Source: a virus
Lineage: Duplodnaviria; Caudoviricetes
DNA: 64,000 nucleotides
IMG/VR virus record: IMGVR_UViG_3300033073_001332
Coordinates: 128,001-192,000 of that record
Reading direction: 5' to 3' (one strand)
Shown here: positions 50,041-57,741 of the stretch, piece by piece
Layout of the letters: the number at the start of each line of letters is the position of its first letter
Numbering within the stretch: position 1 is the stretch's first letter
Translations under genes and position numbers: made by a program
Notes under the pieces: generated by a model
The model's database searches: none
The model's input: the letters and a program-made list of their open reading frames with translations, nothing else
What the model was told of the DNA's origin: nothing

Positions 50041-52248
50041 ATGTCATACATAATTAAAGATACCGCAGCATTAATTAACACATTGGTAACCGATGCTGGA
50101 AGAAAAAAAATATCACAAGGTAAATTTGATATTTCATACTTCCAAGTTGGTGATAGTGAAGTTTGCTACAATTGTGTAAACAATTTAGACCCGGTTAATT
50201 TAAATGTATTGATGCCACAATATAATACACAAAACTTAGCTCCCGCTCCACAAAAAAATAGAATGGAAATAAAGTATCCAATTTATTTGGATTCAACATC
50301 GGGAAGCACATATGGAGTACCATTTGATGCGTCATATATAGATAGTGTTTACAATAGTGCAGCACCAAGAGGATTCTTTAACCCAAGTACTGGTACACCT
50401 TATAATTATAGTGCATATACTACATCAGCATATACAATCAATCCTAATTTTGTTGCTCAAAATAGTAGTATCACTTCAGGGACTACTTTAACAATATCAG
50501 GCACATCATTGGCTCCTTCAGTATCGGGAACCGTAACACCGGGAATGTTTATGACATTATTTACTAATGGACAAATATCACCAGTACAAAATGCGGGACC
50601 ACTATTCACCTATTTAGTTGTTGGTGTGACAGGAAACACGGCAACAGGAGGAACCGTTACGATACAAGTAGATAGACAACTACCAAATTTAGGGGTGATG
50701 GGATTGACAGGAACATCACAAACTTTATTCTACCCAAGTGGTATGACCGTGTTATATGATACGGTAACACCGGCACCTTACTGGGAAAATGATGTTATTA
50801 ACTTTGAAACGAATTGTGACGTATCCGCAAGAAATGTTAATATATGGAATATGAATATTCCGTGGACGGAATCACCAGCAGGATTGTTCAGTAACACAAA
50901 CCAAGATTTTAACTTATTTAAATCAACGGGATATACAGGGTCAAAAGAATATTTTGGATATGGTACAAACTCAGGTCAAATTGATACTGACTCGACTTAC
51001 TATTACAACTCATTTGCTGAAAAAATTAATCTATCCCCGTCCGACCAAAAATCAATTGCGATTGTTCACTACACAAATCAGGCTATTGATAATTTTTATG
51101 GTGAAAAATTCGCACAAGAAGAATATGACCCTAACGACCCTGGAGGTACAGGTCAAGCAAGAAACTTTAGAATTACAATTCCATGGCTAATGTGGCATAA
51201 GAATTCAGGTGCAACGGTAGGACAAGAATTTTATACTGACCCATCAGGATTTACAAGTCTTAATTTATTTGAACCACATTATATTGAGTCTAAAAAAGAC
51301 CCTAATTTTAATGACCCTGGTTTAAGATATTATCACCTTTGGGATACTAACCCAAATACTAATGGATACCCTAACAGAGTAGGTAAAGTATTTCCTGATT
51401 ATAAAATGATTATTTTTGACGACGATGAAATAGTTGCGGCGTTAAATTATAAATCAAATAGGTCTTGGACATTACCGGCTCCAAAATTAGGTTTGATAAC
51501 ACCTAACACTTTTGGTGGAGTATTAGGAGGAACCACAGGTTTATTAACAGGTAATTCAGAAACTTTATTCTTAACTTACATATTCACTAATACAGGTTTC
51601 ACCAATTCACTACATTGTAACTATTATACAACAATAACAGGGAATGACCAAAGCTTATTACCAGGAGCATCAGATATAATCGTAAGATTTGGAAATGAAT
51701 TCCCATTCTTAAGAAATACATATACATCACCAAGTGGGTTTACAGCTAATGGTATCAAACTTATTGCACAAAAAGTATCAAGTGGAACTACAAGACCATC
51801 CGCAACGGCTTGGAAAGAAATTAATGTAATTTCACAACTATCAGCAACTACGGTCGGCGGTTATTTAACACAATCTGGAATGACAGGAACCACAATCCAA
51901 TTAACTAAATCTATGTATGACACAGCACCCACATATAGATTAGATAACTACATCAACTTACCATCTGTTGGTGATAGTGGATTAACCCTTAATTTCGGCG
52001 GTGAATACTTCTTCTTTGGTAATATTCAAACAGATATTCAAGCAACAATCTATGTTATGAATTTCTTATGTAACTTAGGTCAAACACAATTCTTCGATTC
52101 ATCTAACCCAACATGGACTGGTTCCAATCCATATGTAACTGAAGTTGGACTTTACAATGCAGATAAAGAACTTATGGTTATATCGAAGATACAATCACCT
52201 GAGAAACGTCAGGGAATACAACAGTATCCGATTAAGTTAGATTTTTAA
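50041..52248 (+). CDS. Tail-collar/baseplate fibre-attachment-like protein
   Basis: N-terminal VTDAGRKKISQGKFDISYFQVGDSE and C-terminal YVTEVGLYNADKELMVISK; TATTTATA at 50029. Confidence 0.55.
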   Translation: MSYIIKDTAALINTLVTDAGRKKISQGKFDISYFQVGDSEVCYNCVNNLDPVNLNVLMPQYNTQNLAPAPQKNRMEIKYPIYLDSTSGSTYGVPFDASYIDSVYNSAAPRGFFNPSTGTPYNYSAYTTSAYTINPNFVAQNSSITSGTTLTISGTSLAPSVSGTVTPGMFMTLFTNGQISPVQNAGPLFTYLVVGVTGNTATGGTVTIQVDRQLPNLGVMGLTGTSQTLFYPSGMTVLYDTVTPAPYWENDVINFETNCDVSARNVNIWNMNIPWTESPAGLFSNTNQDFNLFKSTGYTGSKEYFGYGTNSGQIDTDSTYYYNSFAEKINLSPSDQKSIAIVHYTNQAIDNFYGEKFAQEEYDPNDPGGTGQARNFRITIPWLMWHKNSGATVGQEFYTDPSGFTSLNLFEPHYIESKKDPNFNDPGLRYYHLWDTNPNTNGYPNRVGKVFPDYKMIIFDDDEIVAALNYKSNRSWTLPAPKLGLITPNTFGGVLGGTTGLLTGNSETLFLTYIFTNTGFTNSLHCNYYTTITGNDQSLLPGASDIIVRFGNEFPFLRNTYTSPSGFTANGIKLIAQKVSSGTTRPSATAWKEINVISQLSATTVGGYLTQSGMTGTTIQLTKSMYDTAPTYRLDNYINLPSVGDSGLTLNFGGEYFFFGNIQTDIQATIYVMNFLCNLGQTQFFDSSNPTWTGSNPYVTEVGLYNADKELMVISKIQSPEKRQGIQQYPIKLDF

Positions 52249-52254
52249 TCTTTT

Positions 52255-52860
52255 ATGAGCGAAAAACATGATTTAAAGAACTCACCGAAAGTTCTTGGAT
52301 TAGACATTTCCACCAAAACTATTGGGTGGAGTTTGTTTGATATCCAAACACAAGAATTGTTAGAATTAACACACTTTTCACCTGTTATTAAACCTAAACC
52401 TGAAGATAAAATCGAAGAATTGATTTTAAAGGTAGTTGGGTTTGAAGAAAAATTAAGAGGGTATCAAAATTTAGGGATTGCTAAAGTTGTTATCGAAGAA
52501 CCATTATTGAACTCAAATAATGTTTGGACGGTTGGAACCCTATTGAGATACAACTCAATGATTACAAAATCAATCTATGATATTTTAGGAATTGTGCCAA
52601 ACTACATTTCAACATATAACTCAAGAAAATTTGCTTGGCCAGACTTGATTCAAAAAAATGACAAGGATAAATATGTTTTATTTGGAGGACTACCAAAAGA
52701 TATCGATAAAAAAGAACTCATTTGGAAACGAGTATCTACAAAGGAACCACAAATCACTTGGCACTACACCAAAAACAATACTTTGAAAAAAGAATGTTTT
52801 GATATGGCCGACTCTTATACTTGTGTTCTTGGTTATATGAAAGAACAAAAGATTTGGTAA
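52255..52860 (+). CDS. ruvC: RuvC-like Holliday junction resolvase
   Basis: VLGLDISTKTIGW, VVIEEP, DMADS acidic catalytic set. Confidence 0.8.
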   Translation: MSEKHDLKNSPKVLGLDISTKTIGWSLFDIQTQELLELTHFSPVIKPKPEDKIEELILKVVGFEEKLRGYQNLGIAKVVIEEPLLNSNNVWTVGTLLRYNSMITKSIYDILGIVPNYISTYNSRKFAWPDLIQKNDKDKYVLFGGLPKDIDKKELIWKRVSTKEPQITWHYTKNNTLKKECFDMADSYTCVLGYMKEQKIW

Positions 52861-52899
52861 CTTTTTAGTATATTAATGTATTTATAATAAAAAAATATT

Positions 52900-53355
52900 A
52901 TGAAGAAAGTAATAAGATTGACTGAAACCGAATTAACTAATATAGTTAAAAGAATTGTCAATGAAAGCACAAATATGGCTGCGGAAGTTGCTATAGAAAA
53001 TTGTGACGAAAACGACGATATGGCGATGGAAAGATGTGTTGACAATTTGTTTGCAGATATGACCGAAGAAGATGCTGAAAACTACATTATGGAATTATCA
53101 AGAAGAAAACCAAAATGGTTAAGAAAATTAGCTCGATGGTTTAGAAAAACAGGTAGAAAAATCAAAAGAGAAGTTAGAAGAATGGATAAGAAAGATAAAG
53201 TTTCGGCTGTAGGTGGTTTAGTTACATTTGCGGTATTAGGAACTTTATTTATGAAACATGTTAGAGAAATTACTGACAAGATACATGATACGATTGGAAC
53301 ACAAAATAGTTTCAATGAAACAGACATGAGACGCATACTTAAAAGAATTATTTAA
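52900..53355 (+). CDS. Hypothetical protein, putative head-packaged, one hydrophobic helix
   Basis: MKKVIRLTETELTNIVKRIVNE leader, basic amphipathic segment, AVGGLVTFAVLGTLFM; has its own TATTTATA (52879) and terminator. Confidence 0.6.
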   Translation: MKKVIRLTETELTNIVKRIVNESTNMAAEVAIENCDENDDMAMERCVDNLFADMTEEDAENYIMELSRRKPKWLRKLARWFRKTGRKIKREVRRMDKKDKVSAVGGLVTFAVLGTLFMKHVREITDKIHDTIGTQNSFNETDMRRILKRII

Positions 53356-53360
53356 TAATC

Positions 53361-53388
53361 AAAACCCACCATCAAAGGTGGGTTTTTT
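53361..53388 (+). terminator. Rho-independent terminator
   Basis: AAAACCCACC-atcaaa-GGTGGGTTTT followed by TT. Confidence 0.85.
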
Positions 53389-53393
53389 GTTAA

Positions 53394-53423
53394 TTGACAT
53401 TCCCCTTATTATTCTTATCTTTT
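53394..53423 (+). promoter_or_regulatory. Sigma70-family-type promoter for the primase operon
   Basis: TTGACA at 53394, 16 nt, TATCTTTT at 53416; GTG start 5 nt downstream. Confidence 0.55.
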
Positions 53424-53427
53424 AGGG

Positions 53428-54345
53428 GTGGAAGCGGAAGAACTAATCATAGACCTTATTACTAATATTTTTGGGGAACCAAAAATGGTAAATGAAATCA
53501 GAGGACAAATATCTGTTGATTGTCCCGTCTGCTCATATGAAATAAAAGGTAGAGATAAACCTGATGGTAAAGGTAACCTTGAAATTAATTACCAACAACA
53601 CGTTTATAAGTGTTGGGCATGTGCTGAAACACACGGAACTCACGGACATTTAGGTAAATTAATAGATAAGTATGGTGGGAAAAAAGATAAGAAAATCTAC
53701 AAGTTAATTAGACCTGATGAGTTTGAAAAGAAAGAAAAAGTTTATAAAAAACTAGAACTTCCAAAAGAATATAAAAAGTTTGATGAGATACATCCTCTAC
53801 ATATACCAAGAAAAGAAGCGTTAAACTATCTTAAAAAAAGAGGTATAACGGATGAGATAATTGAAAAATACCAAATTGGTATTTGTTTGGAAGGCGAATA
53901 TGCTGGAAGAATTATTGTCCCATCATTTAACAAGAAAGGAGAACTAAACTTTTTTGTATCAAGGTCTTGGAACCCACGAAGTAAATTGAAATACAAAAAT
54001 CCCGAAGCATCAAAAGACTTTCTAATCTTCAACGAGAGTTTGATTGATTGGAAAAAAGACATATACCTTGTTGAAGGTGTATTTGATAGTTTCTTTTTAG
54101 ATAACTCAATATGTTTGTTAGGTAAATTTTTAACAGACAACCTGTGGGAAAAATTATACTCAAAGGCAAAAAAGAATATTATAGTTTGTTTGGATGGTGA
54201 TGCTTACACGGATGCCAAAAACTTGTATGATAAATTAAATGGTGGTACACTTTATAATAGAGTAAAGTTGGTAAAACTACCAAAAGATAAAGATGTATGT
54301 GACCTTAAAGGTGACATCGAAAAATATTACGTAGAATTCAAATGA
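53428..54345 (+). CDS. dnaG: DNA primase (Zn finger + TOPRIM)
   Basis: CPVC..CWAC, YLKKRGI, RIIVP, KYKNP, LVEGVFD, CLDGDA, KDVCD. Confidence 0.88.
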   Translation: MEAEELIIDLITNIFGEPKMVNEIRGQISVDCPVCSYEIKGRDKPDGKGNLEINYQQHVYKCWACAETHGTHGHLGKLIDKYGGKKDKKIYKLIRPDEFEKKEKVYKKLELPKEYKKFDEIHPLHIPRKEALNYLKKRGITDEIIEKYQIGICLEGEYAGRIIVPSFNKKGELNFFVSRSWNPRSKLKYKNPEASKDFLIFNESLIDWKKDIYLVEGVFDSFFLDNSICLLGKFLTDNLWEKLYSKAKKNIIVCLDGDAYTDAKNLYDKLNGGTLYNRVKLVKLPKDKDVCDLKGDIEKYYVEFK

Positions 54346-55211
54346 TAGATTTAATAGAAGTTGCAAAGGAAATAAGAGAAATCATAACACAAAAACAAGA
54401 AGAATTTCAATTAACGTTTGAAGAGGATAAGCATAGGTATACTATGTTAGACGTCAATGGTGAAGTAAGAGACGATTTCCCATCTGTATCAAAAGTAATG
54501 AAGTTGTTTTATGATGAGTTTCCGACAGAAGAAGCCGCAAGAAAGAAAGCAAAAGGTGACCCATATTTGATGCACACTTATTTAGAAGAGTGGAAACAAA
54601 GTGGACTGATATCAACAAATATGGGAAGTAGAGTTCACTATGAACTTGAATTAGAGACCATAAACAAATTTAAGTTAGATAAAGAAGTTCGACAACCACT
54701 TTTTGAATGTGATTTGGGACTTATAATGAAAGGTGATAGAATGATTAAAGGTGGTAAGAAGTTTTTATCACTTATGGAAGAAAGAGGTGCGGTGTTACTT
54801 GATACTGAGATTGTCTTAGGTCATCCTGAACTTGGATACACAGGACAACCCGATAAGGTATGGTTAATGTTTAATAAATTGAAAACCGGATTTGGGATTG
54901 TTATTACCGATTGGAAAACAAACAAAGAAAAAAACATGGAGGTTAATGACTACACAAAACCAATGAAAAAACCATTTGAAAACCTTCCTAACAACGCTCT
55001 CGGTCACTATAATACCCAATTACCTTTTTATGGTAAACTACTCTTAAAAATGTTGGAAGGTACTAAATACGAAAACGTACCTTTACTTGGAGGGGTAATT
55101 GTTCACTTAACAGAAGACACAGAGTTCAAAGAGTACCGTATACCAAGAGATGTGGTTGATACGATATTAAAAATGGATATGAGTCAGTATTTGACTAAAT
55201 TGAATAAATAA
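54342..55211 (+). CDS. PD-(D/E)XK exonuclease
   Basis: SVSKV, GSRVH, GQPDKVW, ITDWKT, HYNTQLPFY. Confidence 0.8.
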   Translation: MIDLIEVAKEIREIITQKQEEFQLTFEEDKHRYTMLDVNGEVRDDFPSVSKVMKLFYDEFPTEEAARKKAKGDPYLMHTYLEEWKQSGLISTNMGSRVHYELELETINKFKLDKEVRQPLFECDLGLIMKGDRMIKGGKKFLSLMEERGAVLLDTEIVLGHPELGYTGQPDKVWLMFNKLKTGFGIVITDWKTNKEKNMEVNDYTKPMKKPFENLPNNALGHYNTQLPFYGKLLLKMLEGTKYENVPLLGGVIVHLTEDTEFKEYRIPRDVVDTILKMDMSQYLTKLNK

Positions 55212-55224
55212 ATTATATTATAAC

Positions 55225-55317
55225 ATGGAAACTACAATCACACCTACTTGGTACACAACTACAAGTTGGGACCAAGAATTACCATTCAAAATAAAAATAA
55301 ATTATATCATAAAATGA
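55225..55317 (+). CDS. 30-aa small protein METTITPTWYTTTSWDQELPFKIKINYIIK (not in ORF track)
   Basis: Follows TTGACT-N17-TATATT; its stop overlaps the next start (ATGA). Confidence 0.5.
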   Translation: METTITPTWYTTTSWDQELPFKIKINYIIK

Positions 55318-55532
55318 GCGACGAAATTATACAACCAAGAATTAACTTGAAAGAACAACCAACCATTGTATGTGGTGATTGCGGAGGATTGTTCTTCAAA
55401 GAAGTTACTATGTTAAAAAAAGTATCTAAAATTTTAACAGGTGGGTCTGAAGACACAATCGTACCATTTCCGACGTACATGTGTAATAAATGCGGTCACG
55501 TTAATGAAGAATTTCAATTATTTGATAACTAA
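55314..55532 (+). CDS. Small zinc-ribbon protein
   Basis: ATG at 55314; CGDC...CNKC. Confidence 0.7.
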   Translation: MSDEIIQPRINLKEQPTIVCGDCGGLFFKEVTMLKKVSKILTGGSEDTIVPFPTYMCNKCGHVNEEFQLFDN

Positions 55533-55678
55533 TGGAATTAGGTAAAATGACTATAAGCGAAGCGTACCCATACTTAAAGAGTATTGCATTGGCCTATGGT
55601 CTAAAATTAAACAGAGCAAAAGATTTCAAGTTTGCTAGAATAGTTTTAGCAAACCTTTATTGTAGAGAATTAGTATGA
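55532..55678 (+). CDS. 48-aa small protein MELGKMTISEAYPYLKSIAL... (not in ORF track)
   Basis: TAATG overlap upstream and ATGA overlap downstream; fills the gap exactly. Confidence 0.65.
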   Translation: MELGKMTISEAYPYLKSIALAYGLKLNRAKDFKFARIVLANLYCRELV

Positions 55679-56454
55679 TTAAAAAACTTATACACTTTTC
55701 AGATTTACACATCCGTCTATTCAAAGACCACGACTTGTATAAATCTATTTTAGAAGAAGCCATTAACCAATGGAGAGAAATAAACCCGGATAGAATTATT
55801 TTTACCGGTGACCTTGTTCATTCAAAAAATCAAATGACACCCGAACTTATTGAGATTGTTGCTTGGATTTTAACCGAATGTTCATTTATTGCTAAAACCA
55901 TTATTATACCTGGTAACCACGACTTTTTGGTAAACAATACCGAAAGATTAGATGCACTTACTCCTATTATTAATTCTTTGAGGAATGAGGATATTGTGTA
56001 CTACCGAGATAGAGGTGTGTATGAGGATGAGAACATCAGTTGGTGCGTTTACTCACAATATCAAGGAAACATTCCACCTGACATTACTGAATCAAAAGGA
56101 AAAAGAATTGGATTGTTTCACGGACCAATTCAAGGAATGAAAACAGATTTAGGTTTTGACTTTGGTGAGGAGGCGTATGATGTTGAAAAGTTTGATGGTC
56201 TTGAAGCTGTTTTATGTGGAGATATTCACAAACGTCAGGAGTTCAAATTCAAAACAGGTAAAGGATATATGATTGGTAGTCCAATCCAACAAAATATAGG
56301 TGAGAGTATCCAAAGACATGGATATGGAATCTATGATGTTGAAACAAAACAATATGACTATGTTGATTTGTTTAACCCAAAACCTTTTTTGAAGTTTTCC
56401 ATAAAGTCTTTTGAAGATATTGAAAATGGAACAGAAAAACTCCAAAACTTTTAA
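55675..56454 (+). CDS. sbcD: Mre11/SbcD (T4 gp47-like) nuclease, catalytic domain
   Basis: FSDLH, TGDLVH, PGNHD, FHG, GDIHK, GS..QQN.GE. Confidence 0.85.
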   Translation: MIKKLIHFSDLHIRLFKDHDLYKSILEEAINQWREINPDRIIFTGDLVHSKNQMTPELIEIVAWILTECSFIAKTIIIPGNHDFLVNNTERLDALTPIINSLRNEDIVYYRDRGVYEDENISWCVYSQYQGNIPPDITESKGKRIGLFHGPIQGMKTDLGFDFGEEAYDVEKFDGLEAVLCGDIHKRQEFKFKTGKGYMIGSPIQQNIGESIQRHGYGIYDVETKQYDYVDLFNPKPFLKFSIKSFEDIENGTEKLQNF

Positions 56455-57109
56455 TGATAAAATAATGCAGACGGTGTCTGCATATTGTTCGGCAAATAAT
56501 ATTGATAATGTTGATGATTTTATCTACAAATGTTTCAGACAAGGTTTTGATATTGAAAAGTATGGTTTTTTAGGAAAAACACTTAATGAAGGTGAAAAAG
56601 AAGTAATAAAGGAGGTAATTGTGGAAAAACGGGTAGAAGTTCCCGTTGAAGTAATTAAGGAAATAGAAAAAATAGTTGAGGTTCCTGTTGAAGTAGTCAA
56701 AGAAATACCGGTAGAAAAAATTGTGATTCAAGAGGTAATTAAAGAAGTTCCTGTTGAAAGGGTTATTGAAAAAGAAATCTATATGACCGACGACACTCAA
56801 GTAAATGAGTTGTTGTTAAAAATACAACAGATGGAACAAGAAATTTATAATAAAACTACCGAAATCGATACAATTAGACAAGAATTTTCCACTAAAACAC
56901 AAGAAATGGAAAATAATTTCCAAAATACGGACAACAACAAACTTCAAATGTTACAACAGACTATCACAAATTTAAATGTTGAGATAAGAGAGTTGAAAAC
57001 AAAAAACAAAGAATTAGAAAATAAATTGTTAGAACAACCAAAGGAAAGTGATTTCACACGAGCACGTTTTCATGGAAGTTCTAACCTAAACGATGGATTA
57101 TATAAATAA
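56426..57109 (+). CDS. Protein with VEVPVE/alveolin-like repeats and coiled coil
   Basis: EKRVEVPVEVIKEIEKIVEVPVEVVKEIPVEK..EVPVERVIEKE; ATG at 56426. Confidence 0.7.
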   Translation: MEQKNSKTFNDKIMQTVSAYCSANNIDNVDDFIYKCFRQGFDIEKYGFLGKTLNEGEKEVIKEVIVEKRVEVPVEVIKEIEKIVEVPVEVVKEIPVEKIVIQEVIKEVPVERVIEKEIYMTDDTQVNELLLKIQQMEQEIYNKTTEIDTIRQEFSTKTQEMENNFQNTDNNKLQMLQQTITNLNVEIRELKTKNKELENKLLEQPKESDFTRARFHGSSNLNDGLYK

Positions 57110-57111
57110 CT

Positions 57112-57459
57112 ATGAATCTTTTAATGTGGGCTTTCGTCGCCTATGGAATGACGACAATTTTAGTGTATGGTTCGATATTTAACGGACTAAGAACTGGTAT
57201 TCATAAATGGGGTAATAACAAATACGCACCTTTCAACTTTTTAGGTAAGTTTTTATCGGGTCTTATTTCTTGTATGTTATGTACAGGAACATGGGTAGGG
57301 TTCTTCTTATCTTTAGCTTACTTCTCACCAAATGTAGAATATGTTGGACTAAATAAAATTTTATCCGTATTCTTTGATGGTATGTTAAGTGCTGGTTTTG
57401 TATGGGCAATTAACGGAATCGTTGAATGGTTTGAAGAAAATAGACCAAATAATAAATAA
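57112..57459 (+). CDS. Membrane protein with CxxC, DUF1360-like
   Basis: Three hydrophobic helices; LISCMLCTGTWVG. Confidence 0.65.
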   Translation: MNLLMWAFVAYGMTTILVYGSIFNGLRTGIHKWGNNKYAPFNFLGKFLSGLISCMLCTGTWVGFFLSLAYFSPNVEYVGLNKILSVFFDGMLSAGFVWAINGIVEWFEENRPNNK

Positions 57460-57476
57460 CAATTAATAATATAACA

Positions 57477-57722
57477 ATGGGTAAAGCAGCAAAAGCACAC
57501 AGAGAAAAAGTTTTGAAAAGAAACCGTAGAATGCAACATGAGAAAAACAAAATCTCAAAAGAATGGAATGAAGCCATGAAAGAACAAATGGATAAATTGA
57601 AAGAGGAGTTTGCAAAAATGTCAGCAGAAACTGAAAACAACATAACAACAGAAACAACAGATGAAGTTGAAGAAACTACCGTGGAAGAACAACAATCAAC
57701 TGAACCTGTTTCAGCCAACTAA
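57477..57722 (+). CDS. Hypothetical protein, basic N-terminus and acidic C-terminus
   Basis: 81 aa, A-rich leader. Confidence 0.65.
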   Translation: MGKAAKAHREKVLKRNRRMQHEKNKISKEWNEAMKEQMDKLKEEFAKMSAETENNITTETTDEVEETTVEEQQSTEPVSAN

Positions 57723-57741
57723 AACATACAATTACGATATA

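Noticed and set aside
54342-55211. Cas4 / CRISPR adaptation module
   Set aside because: No four-Cys Fe-S motif and no cas genes or array; it fits a generic phage exonuclease.
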